A stretch of 64,000 nt of DNA, taken from the NCBI GenBank assembly GCA_964016885.1, contig OZ024741.1, positions 324,756,001-324,820,000 on the forward strand. The letters run 5' to 3'. The position numbers and the translations under genes are program-made. Shown in pieces: positions 21,481-39,697 of this stretch; within the stretch, counting starts at the first letter, position 1, and each line of letters starts with the position of its first letter. The notes beneath the pieces are model-generated. The model did no database searches. It worked only from the letters and a program-made list of their open reading frames with translations, and had not been told where the DNA came from. The stretch is from Eledone cirrhosa (Eukaryota).

Positions 21481-23507
21481 GGGTTTAGAGTTTACCACTC
21501 CTCCCCCAATTACGATCATCCCGCCGAGGTTGACTTTGCCTTTCATCCTTACGGGGTCGATAAAATAAAGTACCAGTAATGCACTGGGTATTTGCTGGCC
21601 TTGTGCCTAAAGTAGAAACAATTATTTCATTATTTAATTTTCTTCTCTTTTTTTTTTATTGCAAACAGTATATCATTTAATTGAAATTTGTTGAATATAG
21701 TAGAGTTTATAGTTTACAATTTGACATCATTTGACGTTAATAACTTTCAAAAAATTTAATAAGTTTGTTAAAACTACACTACTTCACGAACCACGTAGAT
21801 GAATGCAAAAAGATAAATAAAAATATATCATTTATTATCGAAGCCAGTGATATGAATACCTGCAATCTCAGAACAAAATTTAAGAGCCAAACAGAAACCC
21901 CGAATCAACAATAGACTATAACTCAACACCCAGTGGCTAATATAGACATACACACTACCACACTTCATTCCATTTCAAAACTGATACAATAGCTTAGATC
22001 ACACACTGCGTGATTCATTGACAGACCTGCCAACCTCTACAAATCCAAACGGGGAGTACCATGAAAAGAAGTGCCCCAAAATGGGTAGAAATGAGGCAAA
22101 ATGGGGAGATTTAACTATACCCATTTTCAAAGAGAAGACATCTCTCACCTACTAAAGTTTGGGTGGGAGATCTCCTCGTCAGCCGGGGAGAGTTTACAGG
22201 TCTGCATGGACCACTACCAGCGTTAAAATAAAAAAAAAATAAACCCCACTTTCAAATTTAAAAAGAGAAAAAAGGCAGCTTAAGAACCATGAAGATATAT
22301 AGTTCCGAACAAGTTTCAATTGATATTTCCTATAAGGAACTGCTAGTTAACATCCCAACATCTTCGTTATTATTATATTAATAACAATTAACGTCCAGTT
22401 CACATTGTGGTAGCCCTCTAACAATACATTATTTTCTAGTTTACACAATGCTTCAAGCAAACAACAATACCCTCTTACGCTCTCCACAATCTTTTTGCGG
22501 AAAAAAAGTTATTTCACCAAAGTCACTTCGACTCAAATAAATAATAATTTGCCAAATCCTAGTTTTAGATGTAACACAGAATGTTATTTAGTATAACAGA
22601 ATTCACTTTGTTTTCATCTTTGTCTGTTTATTACAAACTTATTTTCTAAGACGCATATATAACATATGCAGAGAATTTCAATACTTACCACAGGTCTGGA
22701 GAGTGAAATGGCGTTGTTTTTGTCATTTAAGCCCGAATCGGCCTAGAATTAGTCTCCTGTTATAATTCTATCGTGGCAATGAATTAGCAGAATGGTTAAA
22801 TCGAAGGATAAAATGCGCAGTGGTATCCGTTTCGACTCTCCACGCTTTCTCAATTCAAATGTCAGAGAGGTCAACCTTGCTTTTCATCCTTTCAAGGTCG
22901 ACAAAATTAAAAAAATGTACCAGTCAAGTACTGGGGTTTATTCTTCTATGACTCTTTCTTAATTCGCCCTCTCTTACTTCGTCCCTACCTATATCGCTCC
23001 TTCAATGTGGTGAGAGATCCAGTTCTATAATTGGTCGATTCTTCCTCTCTGTCATTCTCTTCGTCTTTCTAGAACACATCGGCTGTGTTCAGACTTGCGG
23101 AGGGATGGGCTCTGCGAGGTTTAAAATATCCAAGAAACGCCATACGTGCTGAAGGTGTCCCTAAGACTTCATCAGATGAGACGGGTCCATACATGCATAC
23201 ATAAATGCATTCACATCTACAATGAATCATAAGAATAGGCTCCTGTACTCGACTGGTATTTTATTTTATTGACCTCAGAAAAATGAAAGGAAACATACTT
23301 TGGGGCATTTTTCTGATGCTCTACCAATTCTTTGATTAAGCATAACTATCAACGAAGACGCTCGCCCTAGGGCCACATCGTGGTATTTCAGACAACGTCA
23401 ACCATGGGCTATATTAACGAATGTGACCTTTTTAAGATGGTACGGTTATGGAGTTTTTAGTGAATTCGTTTATCAAGTCGAGCGATTACAAATGAGCTAT
23501 TCAAACT

Positions 23508-23567
<60 letters not shown>

Positions 23568-23877
23568 CATACACACACACACATATATATATATATATTG
23601 ATATGTATGTGTGTGTGTGTGTATGTAAATATATGTATACCACAACAATTAAATACAAGTTTCAATAGAATATACTTACAAAAGCCAACACACATTAACA
23701 TTTCTATTTTACAATTAGAATTGTTTCCCTTTGTTATACTATACTTTTGATGGCATCTTCAAACTTGACCCAGCACCTGATTACTAGGTCACGAATTTCG
23801 TAGCCCCTTCATGCATTCTATACAATCTCGGGGGAATGCTCATATCTGCTTCTTCAAACCTAAGGTAGCACCTTTAG

Positions 23878-26800
23878 TTCTGTTCAGTTGTACACACACG
23901 ATAGACAACAGAGGCCACGTATTTGTCTCCCTCCGACTAAAAATTCCCCCCTCGGAAAACCCCCAGTTGGATGCGAAATTCGAAATATAGGGACAATTAA
24001 ATCATTTCCAAGGTAATTCTATCTCGTGTTATTATTTTTACACTACGTTCCTCTACACCCTATACGTGTCATTTTACATTTCCTCTTACATCTCTCTCAT
24101 TACCACCTGATTCTGTTATCCGGAGATTTACCCATCATCCTTGTTGACGCTTCCAAAACGACCAATTTTATTATTCTTCCACAATGCTCCAAGCAAACTT
24201 CAACACTCTCTTATCCTTACACCTGAGACAAGAATTGTTTAGATCCGTAAGGGAACTTTTTAGACTGTCGGAGAAATGGGCCAAAGTTGGCTGTCAAATT
24301 ATCTTCCTAAAACGCTGTCTAAAGAACGATGTCATCCCCACCACCATCAGGAACATCCGCTTACCAGAATGCCTACGTACACCAACCTTTCAAAACATCT
24401 CTCGCCGCATACACCGCTCATGTATAAAACAGATCCTGCGACATCTCCACTGCCAATTACACCTCCATACACGGACACTCTTAGAGCGGACACATCGCTT
24501 AACACTAACACCCGACGACTTGCTCCCTAAAACCAATCGACCAGTGCTACCACTCCAGAGTCCAACACGAAAAAAAACAAAACGGTTCAAGCGGAAATAT
24601 GAGTGGACCTCGCTTAAACTCCACAACAAAAACACCGACACTAACACACAGACAGACCAGGACCACATAAACAGCAGCATAACAACCACCACCGTCGCAT
24701 CCACCAACACCGAGCCATACCTCAACGATGCGACGCACCTGGTCACCAACCTAACCGGCACCCTCACGAACCCAAGTTCATCGTCTCCCAGTGGCTCGAC
24801 GACAGACTTAAACTCGACATCGAAGCCAACTTCTGCCGAGCCGCCTACCAAATTAAATGGGTGACTGCCATCAACAACACCAATGAAAATGACAGCACCC
24901 ACACAACCCGCCCTAAGTTCCCCACTTACCACCTTGAAAACCCACTCCACCCTCCACCCACCAACCACGAACTCGACACTAAAATCATCAGGTTGAAACA
25001 TACCATCTCTGATATCCTACATAAACACACACACACGCACAACACAACCTCACTAAATCTCAACTCACCACTCTCTCCATCCTGAAATCGAGGAACCTCA
25101 TCTACCTCCCCTTCGACAAGGGAAAAGAATTATGCGTCATCAGCAGAGAGGCCTACAAGATCCTAGCTCTCCAACACCTTGACGATGACAGCCTCTGCTC
25201 TAAAGTCACAGGGATCACTCCCGTGCATACCGAGGAGCACATCAACGCCACTTGGACCAGCATCTGAGACCGGCGGAAGCTCCCGAAGAAGCTGAGAAAC
25301 AACCTCCTCACGAAGAACAGCAGACTACCCGCCTTCTATCACCTCGTGAAAACACACAAACATTCCCGACCTGAAGATCAGACCTATTGTATCGACCGTG
25401 GAGTGACCGCTCTACAAAATTTCCTGGCTCCTATCCAGAGTACTTAAACCCCTACTGAACACCTTGCCGGGACACGTCAACAGCTCCGAGGAAGTATCGG
25501 AGCGTCTACACCAAATGGATCTTGACACCCGAAAGGCTAACAGGTATGCCTTCAGCCTTGATGTGGTCGCTTTTTACACCCCGGTCTCGGTGCTCCCGGC
25601 CGTCGATATACTGATAGAACGTGTTCAAACTACCAACCTACACTGCTTCGAGCTCACCCCCACTGACATCCACCATCAGTCGTCGTTGACAACACTTATT
25701 TCAATTTTCTCGACCAAACATACTGGCAGACTTCAGGGCTACCCATGGGCTCAAGCCTGTCGGGTGTGCTAACGATCTCGTACATGGACAGCCTCGAACC
25801 GAAGGCACTCAACACCTGCCACCGACGACGGGTCCTTTTCCCTTCTCGACTTCCGAATCAACATCAAGGAGCAGGGGGGGGGATCAACACCAACTTCTAC
25901 CGCAAGACATCCTGCAGGGATTTGTTCGTCCACTACAAATATGCCCTCCCTAACAGTGCTAAAAGAGGGTACACCACGAACGGGATCACGCGGATTAAAA
26001 TTAGATGCAGCGATCCCGCGAGTGGTGTCGCCCATACCAAGGTACTGGAGACGAACGGATACCCAACATCATTTACAAGCAGAGTAAGAGACACCAGACG
26101 CAAGAGGCAGAGAAACACCCAAGGCAAGTGGTTCCTTAAAGCCCCGCACCTGGGCGAGAAAACCACCAACGTTATCGGCCATACCGACATCCACTTGGCT
26201 CACTCGGGCCCCTCCCTACGGAGATGCCTCTCCAGGAAACCCGAGAAATTGGTTGATGTGTGTTCCCTCAGCAACTGTCCGATGCGCCAAACGAATTGTT
26301 GCTTACGCACGTACGTCTCATACAAGGTAGAATGTGACAAGTATAACGACTTCTACATCGGTAGCACCATCCGGCCACTACATGTCCGGATCAAGGAGCA
26401 CATCAACACCAGGGCCTCGTCTTTCCGGAAACACATAATCAAATGCGGAAACAAAGACGGAAGGAGCATTATCACAGTGTTAGTGACGGAACGCGACGTC
26501 GGCACTTTAAGAATCGAGGAAGCACTTTGGATCAAACGCCTCGGACAACAAATAGATAACCGATCCGAGAGAAGTGAGACGAGATGGCTGGTGTAAACAA
26601 TGAAACAACTACAACAACACATACAGACAGTAGCAATCGAGCGATTGTTATTGTGTATATATCGTGTCCACCATCCACCGACCGACAAACAACAATCAGG
26701 CAGACTACCAATACCAACACCACATCTGCCAGTATCAAATACTCAATATAAGAAACTAACAGCGAAGATACGTACGCGCTGATACATCACCATCCCACTA

Positions 26801-27167
26801 CTCTAGTATAGAAGACTGCCTCAACCCTTGACTGACCGCAGCTATTCCGTGTGTGTGCGCGCCCTACAGAGTAGTTCAGTTGTACACACACGATAGACAA
26901 CATAGGCTACGTGTTGTCCCTCTCTAAAAACTTCCCCCTCGGAAAACCCCCAGTTGATGGATGCAAAATCCGAAATATAGGGACAATTAAATCACTTCCA
27001 AGGTAACTCTATCTCGTGTTATTATTTTTACACTCTTTCCTACGTCTTACATCTCTCTTATTACCACCTGATTCTGATACACGGAGATTTACCGATCTAC
27101 ATTGTTGAGACTTCCAAAACGACCAATTTTATTATTCCACAATGCTTCAAGCAAACTTCAACACTCT

Positions 27168-27170
<3 letters not shown>
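23878..27170 (+). mobile_element. Penelope-like retroelement (Penelope/Poseidon-like) with ~300-bp direct pseudo-LTRs, decayed
   Basis: IIFLKRCLKNDVIP N-terminus; PFDKG, FYHLVKTHK, RPIVS, SLDVVAFYT, MGSSLSG, YRK; YKVEC..YIGSTIRPLHVRIKEH GIY-YIG; 23878-24212 repeated at 26874-27170, overlapping the ATG; (TA)n follows. Confidence 0.9.
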
Positions 27171-27234
<64 letters not shown>

Positions 27235-27235
27235 C

Positions 27236-31370
<4,135 letters not shown>

Positions 31371-31404
31371 AACATATGTACTTGTCTATACCATACTAAT
31401 TCAA

Positions 31405-31459
31405 ACTGCCTGAAGAGGTCACAGCCAAAGATGGCTGTCACTGAAATATATATAGCAGT
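31405..31459 (+). ncRNA. Type I hammerhead ribozyme, inverted relative to the adjacent PLE
   Basis: ACTGC-CTGAAGA-GGTcACAGCCA aaga TGGCTGTcACT-GAAA-TATATA-TA-GCAGT-AATAAA; AUA triplet. Confidence 0.85.
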
Positions 31460-31606
31460 AATAAACGAAGCTAAATTTTAATCATTTGACTTTTATTTAA
31501 CTTTATTTTACACTACTCCGGAGTAACCAAACCAACCTGCGCACTTCGTCGAGTGCTCCAGCCTGCATACTGAGGTGTTGGTATACAACCAACATAAAAC
31601 TCAAAA

Positions 31607-31670
<64 letters not shown>

Positions 31671-31688
31671 TATATATATTTATATATA

Positions 31689-31755
<67 letters not shown>

Positions 31756-31758
<3 letters not shown>

Positions 31759-31812
31759 AACGAGTAGGACCCCGACGGCTGAGCTCAAGCCGTTTCGACG
31801 GCTAATTCTGGA
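31756..31812 (-). mobile_element. ~57-bp fragment identical to the 3' half of the HHR at 9807-9900, embedded in (TA)n
   Basis: AGGAACGAGTAGGACCCCGACGGCTGAGCTCAAGCCGTTTCGACGGCTAATTCTGGA is also at ~9793-9849. Confidence 0.85.
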
Positions 31813-31867
31813 CTATATATATATATGTATGTATGTATGTATGTATATGTATGTATATATATGTTCC

Positions 31868-32135
31868 AAAAGCTGGTGCAGTAATGTGCCAGATTCAGCA
31901 TTTAGTAATCAGAAGAAGGAATCTAGGCGTAAAAGCCAAACTCACTGTCTTCAATTCGGTTTTCGTGTCAACCTTTACCTACGGTCATGAATCTTGGGTA
32001 ATCACCGAAAGAATACAATGGCGAATACAAGCGGCCGAAATGAGGTTCCACCGAAGGGTCTTTGGAGTAACGTTACTCGATAAACTGCGCAGCTCAGAGA
32101 TCAAGGAGTCACTCCAGGTAGAGCCACTACTTCTC
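31868..32135 (+). mobile_element. RTE-clade LINE fragment
   Basis: [22 protein letters not shown]...IQAAEMRF.RR..GVT..DKLRS. Confidence 0.8.
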
Positions 32136-32378
32136 TTTTTCTTCTCTCACTCGATTGATCAGGCCGTCGTGGAGTGATAGCTCATTTAAATAAAGAACAC
32201 ATTATTTGATTTGTCAAGCGCAGAGCCGAAAACCTTTCTCAAGAATATCAAAATATTTCTTTAAAAATTACCAAAGTACACAAAAATGTACCAAATCCAA
32301 TTACTCCAATATGAAATCTCATAAAAGTTAAAAACGAAAATTTCTAACATTTAATTTAACATTAATTAAAATAAATGT

Positions 32379-32575
32379 CGGGCGGTGGATTGGCAGTATT
32401 GGTAGAGGGTCGGGCGCCATGCTTTGAAGCATAGAGTTACCTCCCTTTATGATCTGAGTTCAAATCCCGCCGAGGTTAACTTTGCCTTTCATCCTTACGG
32501 GGTCGATAAAATAAAGTACCACTAATGCACTGGGATAATTGCTGGCCTGGTGCCAAAAGTAGAAACAATTAATTA
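32379..32575 (+). mobile_element. Octopus-type tRNA-derived SINE (main family)
   Basis: GGGCGGTGGATTGGCAGTATTGG...GAGTTCAAATCCCGCCGAGG...AGTAGAAACAATT. Confidence 0.85.
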
Positions 32576-32579
32576 AAAT

Positions 32580-34560
32580 AAATGTCTTCCACATTTTTCT
32601 TGTACCAGTTTCTTTTTTGCAGTTTGAGACAAAGTTGCTGTTGTGGATGCTGCTTAATGCAGTCAAAAATTTGCAGCAGAGACTTTGATCTTAGCAGGGC
32701 ATTAAATGTTGATGTTTTTAAAGCATTGCAATTTTTTGTTGTTATATTGTTGAGAGGGAGAAAACTCTGTCACCGCTGAAGAATCTGGCTATGAAAGAAG
32801 TTGCTTCATGAACTTAGCTAGTAACAGGTAGCGATATATGTTAGCACATTTCTCTTGAGAAACAAAAAAACAGTTTTTCTCTAGCTCATTTTGTGCATTA
32901 AGACATCAATCTTGCAGAATCAATTCCCTGTTATTTATTTCTCTATTTATTTATTCATATTGTGCATAAGCTTGGGAAATTTCAGTGCCAATAGTATGAT
33001 TGATTTCAGTTTACCTTCAATAACATTGGTTGAGTCTAAAGCTTCAAGTAGCTTAAATTTGTTAACATATCACATGATAAAAAGTGATGCATCATTTGGT
33101 TGGAAAGTCATTGATAGAAACACAATATTTCTACTCGAAATTCTTGTAACACCTTATGGGAAATGACAGAGTTTTCTATCAACATACTTTCTGCAGTGGC
33201 ACCGAAATCGATGTCTTCAATTTTAAGGTATGTATAAGGATCATTCACATTTACTTTACTGATATCATTCAGTTTCAATAACTCTCTTTTGATGAAGTTA
33301 CTGAGAATAGTTTTCATTCCGGGGTTAATATACTTTTGGACTTATCAATTCAATATGCTTCTGCTTGTAACTCCAAATTAAGATTATCAATGTCCTGTAA
33401 AATATAGGCAAGGAAAGCAAAATAGATTTTTGTCATGGAGTTCTGTAATTCCTTTAATATTCTGGAAGTCATCATGATTATATTGTTTTCCAATACTGCC
33501 AATGCACCAAAATTAGTTCTACAACTTGGTTCGAAGAAAGCCATCTTATGCAGTGAATATGAAAAATTTTGTGAGGACTAATATTTGAAATTCCTTATAT
33601 TTACCTAGGCGCTTTGGACTGTTGCTCGGGTACGAAACATATTTCTGGCTAATTCTTCCAAATAATATGGTAGATCTTTGCAGGACTTAGAAGCACATAG
33701 ATGTAAGAAATGGCAAACACAAGGCTGTACGAATATATCTGGATTTTTATTCTTTAACATATGTTGAACTTCTCCTTTGCTTCCCACAATAACACTGGCA
33801 TTGTCACTGGCAAATCCAGTTACGTTTACAAGAGAGACATTGTTTTCAATGAAAAATGATTGTAGACAGCTGTAAATGCCAAGCGCACTGCAGTCTTTAA
33901 TTTTCAGAAGCCTCAAAACTTCATACACAGTCCTTTGAATTTCAGAGTTGTAATATCTCGCTACTGGAACAAGATACTTGTTGGTAGAAATGTCCGTTGC
34001 TTCATTTACAATAAGGAAGAACTTTGCTGAATTTAGCTTAGATAATAAATCATTGAAAGCATGAGGACAGATCACATTCGAAAAAATGTAAGTTCCTTTA
34101 GTTCATGTGCACTTGATGTCTTTGGCGATTTTTTAATCAGAGCTTACGTTGGCAATAAAGCCAGGCAAATGATCCAAAATAGGTATGAGTAGGCTGTGCT
34201 CAGCAATAAATCCGCGCTTTCAGCTCAGCGGACGCCATTTTCGTTAAGTGAGCAGAACATTGAGAAGGCTTTATGAAATATTCACTATTTGTTTCGCTAC
34301 TCTCGCATTCGTTTAGTGTTTTTCTGACTTTCTATGCTTTACTATTTGAATTAAGCTACGAGCTATCTCACAATTTCACAGTTTACAGTAGCTTTTACTT
34401 GCGTATTTTTACCCAATTCCCGCCACGATGAAAATTTCTTATCGTTTAATAATTTTGATGGAACTTTTCTTTCATAGAAACTGGATTTCAGTCCTATTCT
34501 TTTGAGCAGTATCATTTTCGTTGCTATCAGAATGATATTCTATATTCACTTGTTTTCCAT
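32580..34560 (-). pseudogene. Decayed hAT-superfamily transposase
   Basis: FFLIVNEATDIS (DESTD-like), GFASDNASV, PCVCHFLHLCASK (CxxH), YFAFL.YIL...NLELQ; several frameshifts; degenerate zinc-finger-like N-terminus near 34330-34440; TIRs not identified. Confidence 0.8.
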
Positions 34561-35874
34561 TCATGGCAGGGTTCAAAATACCCCCCCCCCCCCCCCCCCA
34601 AAAAAAAAGAAACACCAAAGCACACAGCACGCTGTGACACAACCGCTTACACTGAACTGATACAGTTGTCTTCCAAGAATTCATCTTAATCTATCTATAT
34701 TTAAATGTCCTTGCCAATTGTCAGCGGAATCTATTCATGTAAAACGTCCACTGGTAAATTATGGGCGAATTGTATGTTATTATTGGCTATCAGGATAATA
34801 CAGAAGATGGTTGGCTACTGATTTGAAATATTACGCAAAAGAGTTATTGATGTCAAGTGAGACCTGACAAACAAATACTTTTAATGGATATCCTCTCGAC
34901 GTAAAAGTCATCATAGCTGATAAATGGCAAATCTTTAATGGTGATTTTAGAATATAAATTAAGTTAAATTCGTAAAGCAAGTACAATCTCTAAAACGTAC
35001 AAAAAAAATAAAATAAAATAAAATATCGGGACGTGGTACCAAATTTTTATGAACTTCAGCTAGGTCGTCAGAACGTTGGATTGAATGCTTTGCGGTGTTC
35101 GTTTCGGTTCTCTTCAAATCCCATACAGGTCTACCTTGCCTCTCATCCTTTCGGGTTCAATAAGAAAAATGTACGAGTCCAATACTGGGGTTGATTCTTT
35201 CTCACTCTCTCTCCTTCATGTGTGTGTGGGGGGAGGGGGGGGGGGGGGGGGGGGGGTGCATGATTAATGGTTTCTAATTTTGGCACAAGGCCCCAATTCT
35301 TTTTGGGTTGGATGGGGTGTTTGGGGAAGTGGTTGTTGACCACAGTTGTTGATTGGTACTTACCTTTTCGACCTCGGAAAGACGAAAGGCAACGTTGATT
35401 TTAACAGAATTTCAAATCTGAAAGTAAAGGACCGTAACTCTATGCCGCAAATTATTTTGTGTGACGCTTTAACGATTCTGCTAATGTAATAATAATAATA
35501 TTTTCTGTTTTAAAGAGGGAGGAAAATCGATTAAGTCACCCAGAGTATGTTACTGGTGCTTTATTTTATCAACCCCGTAATGATGAAAGTCAAAGTTAAC
35601 CTCGGCGAGATTTGAACTCAGAAGGTAAAGGGCCGTAATTCTATGCCGCAAAGAGTTTTGTCTGATGCTCTAACGATTATACCAATGCAATAATAATGAT
35701 TTCTATTATAGGCACAAGGCCAGCAATTTCGGGGGCGGGGCCAGTCGATTAAATCGACCCCAGTGCATTACTGGTGCTTTATATTATTGACCCGGTAAGG
35801 ACGAAAGGCAAAGTTAACCTCGGCGGGATTTAACAGTAATAATAATAATTTACATTGTACATTAAATATTAGTA

Positions 35875-38800
35875 ATGTACTGGATAATTGCTGGCCTTGT
35901 GCCTAAAGTAGAAACAATTATATTATTTTATTTTAATATATTATATTATATTATATTATTTTATTTTGTTTTAATTTATTTTATTTTATTTTATTTTATT
36001 TTATTTTATTTTATTTTATTTTATTTTATTTTATTTTATTTTATTTTATTTTATTTTATTTTATTATATTATATTATATTAAATTATATTATATTATTTT
36101 ATATTATATCATATCATATCATATCATATCATATCATATCATATCATATCATACATTTCAGTTCATTTCATTTCATTTCATTTCATTTCATTTCATTTCA
36201 TTTCATTTCATTTCATTTCATTTTATTTTATTTTATTTTATTTTATTTTATTTTATTTTATTTTATTTTATTTTATTTTATTTTATTATATTTTATTTTA
36301 TTTTATTTTATTTTATTTTATTTTATTTTATTTTATTTTATTTTATTTTATTTTATTTTATTTTATTTTATTTTATTTTATTTTATTATTTTATTTTATT
36401 TTATTTTATTTTATTTTATTTTATTTTATTATATTTTATTATTATATTTTATTTTATTTTATTTTCTTTTATTTTATTTTATTTTATTTTATGATATTTT
36501 ATTTTATTTTATTTTATTTTATTTTATTTTATTTTATTTTATTTTATTATATTATATTATATTATTTTATTTTATTTTATTTTATTTTATTTTATTTTAT
36601 TTTATTATATTTTATTATTTTATTTTATTTTATTTCATTTTATTTCATTTCATTTCATTTCATTTCATTTCATTTCATTTCATTTCATTTCATTTTATAT
36701 TATTTTATTTTAATTTATTTTATTTTATTAATTTATTTTATTTTATTTCATTTCATTTCATTTCATTTCATTTCATTTCATTTCATTTCATTTCATTTCA
36801 TTTCATTTCATTTTATTTTATTTTATTTTATTTTATTTTATTTTATTTTATTTTATTATTTTATTTTATCTTATTTCATTTCATTTCATTTCCTTTCATT
36901 TCATTTCATTTCATTTCATTTTATTTTATTTTTTTATTTTATTTTATTTTATTTTATTTTATTTTATTTTATTTTATTTTATTTTATTTTATTTTATTTT
37001 ATTTTATTTTATTTTATTTTATTTTATTTTATTATAGGGCGGTGGATTGGCAGTATCGGTAGAGGGTTGGACGCCATGCTTTCCAGCATAGTTACGTCCC
37101 TTTACGATCTGAGTTCAAATCCCGCCGAGGTTGACTTTGCCTTTCATCCTTAGGGGGTCGATAAAATAAAGTACCAGTAATGTACTGGATAATTGCTGGC
37201 CTTGTGCCTAAAGTAGAAACAATTATATTATTTTATTTTAATATATTATATTATATTATATTATTTTATTTTGTTTTAATTTATTTTATTTTATTTTATT
37301 TTATTTTATTTTATTTTATTTTATTTTATTTTATTTTATTTTATTTTATTTTATTTTATTAAATTATATTATATTATTTTATATTATATCATATCATATC
37401 ATATCATATCATATCATATCATATCATATCATATCATACATTTCAGTTCATTTCATTTCATTTCATTTCATTTCATTTCATTTCATTTCATTTCATTTCA
37501 TTTTATTTTATTTTATTTTATTTTATTTTAATATATTACATTATATTATATTATATTATATTATTTTATTTTATTTTATTTTATTTTATTTTATTTTATT
37601 TTATTTTATTTTATTTTATTTTATTTTGTTTTAATTTATTTTATTTTATTTTATTATTTTATTTCATTTCATTTCATTTCATTTCATTTCATTTCATTTT
37701 ATTTTATTTTTTTATTTTATTTTATTTTATTTTATTTTATTTTATTTTATTTTATTTTATTTTATTTTATTTTATTTTATTTTATTTTATTTTATCTTAT
37801 TTCATTTCATTTCATTTCATTTCATTTCATTTCATTTCATTTTATTTTATTTTATTATTTTATTTTATTTTATTTTATTTTATTTTATTTTATTTTATTT
37901 TATTTTATTTTATTTTATTTTATTTTATTTTATTTTATTTTATTATAGGGCGGTGGATTGGCAGTATCGGTAGAGGGTTGGACGCCATGCTTTCCAGCAT
38001 AGTTACGTCCCTTTACGATCTGAGTTCAAATCCCGCCGAGGTTGACTTTGCCTTTCATCCTTAGGGGGTCGATAAAATAAAGTACCCGTAATGTACTGGA
38101 TAATTGCTGGCCTTGTGCCTAAAGTAGAAACAATTATATTATTTTATTTTAATATATTATATTATATTATATTATTTTATTTTGTTTTAATTTATTTTAT
38201 TTTATTTTATTTTATTTTATTTTATTTTATTTTATTTTATTTTATTATATTATATTAAATTATATTATATTATTTTATATTATATCATATCATATCATAT
38301 CATATCATATCATATCATATCATATCATACATTTCACTTCATTTCATTTCATTTCATTTCATTTCATTTCATTTCATTTCATTTCATTTCATTTTATTTT
38401 ATTTTATTTTATTTTATTTTAATATATTACATTATATTATATTATATTATTTTATTTTTATTTTATTTTATTTTATTTTATTTTATTTTATTTTATTTTA
38501 TTTTATTTTATTTTATTTTGTTTTAATTTATTTTATTTTATTTTATTTTATTTTATTTCATTTCATTTCATTTCATTTCATTTCATTTCATTTCATTTCA
38601 TTTCATTTCATTTCATTTTTTTATTTTATTTTATTTTATTTTATTTTATTTTATTTTATTTTATTTTATTTTATTTTATTATATTATATTACATTATATT
38701 ATATTATATTATATTATATTATTTTATTTTATTTTATTTTATTTATATTATATTATATTATATTATATTATATTATATTATATTATATTATATTATATTA

Positions 38801-38960
38801 TATATTATATCATATCTTATCATATCATATCATATCATATCATATCATATCATATCATATCATATCATATCATATCATATCATATCATATCATATCATAT
38901 CATATCATATCATATCATATCATATCATATCATATCATATCATATCATATCATATTATAT
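35875..38960. repeat. Compound pentanucleotide satellite (TTTTA/CATAT/CATTT) with an embedded SINE, amplified as a ~0.9-1.3 kb higher-order unit
   Basis: Near-identical SINE copies at ~37037-37222 and ~37948-38133, a SINE tail at ~35872-35920, each followed by the same order of pentamer blocks. Confidence 0.9.
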
Positions 38961-39051
38961 CAAAGTTTAAGCAAAGAATCGCTGCTTTCACCCATTATAT
39001 ATTTATCCTTATCGAGCCTTCATGGGTTTTAGTCTTCAAATTTATTATTAT

Positions 39052-39150
<99 letters not shown>

Positions 39151-39473
39151 ATATTAATAAATGGAAACTATATTTATAAAACCATATTTATTTTATTATA
39201 TATATTTCAAGGGCAACCAAGGCAAATTATGGTGCGCTTTCATCAGATAAAATACAGATTGGTTTTATAAATAAATATTGACATACCCGGAAAAAAGACA
39301 ACCTTAACAGTTGGAGCTTCCTGGATAGTGGAGATAATATTTTATGAGTGAGTATGCAAATGAGTGCCCGAAATGTTGAAAAGATAACGGTTTAATTAAA
39401 TTAAACTGTTGGAAGAAGATGATATGTAAGGGCGAACAAGCTCGTCGAATCCCAACAAATTAAATATAACCTC

Positions 39474-39580
<107 letters not shown>

Positions 39581-39697
39581 ATCATATTAAATATGTTTGA
39601 ATTATGTGCTTCTCAATAAATTAGCTCAATAGACAATATCCAGAGCAATATTAAGTCAAAAGTAGCAGATATATATAGAGAGCCGGGTGGGGGGACC

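Noticed and set aside
37037-37130. tRNA-like A and B boxes as tRNA genes
   Set aside because: They are heads of a multi-copy SINE and lack a full cloverleaf.
35875-37362. Long F/I/L/Y-rich ORFs (395, 220 and 60 aa)
   Set aside because: Translations of stop-free pentanucleotide satellite.
39350-39452. Possible HHR (GCCC...GGGC-GAACAAGCTCGTC)
   Set aside because: Both core segments deviate at several positions; at best a heavily decayed relic, so not listed as a feature.
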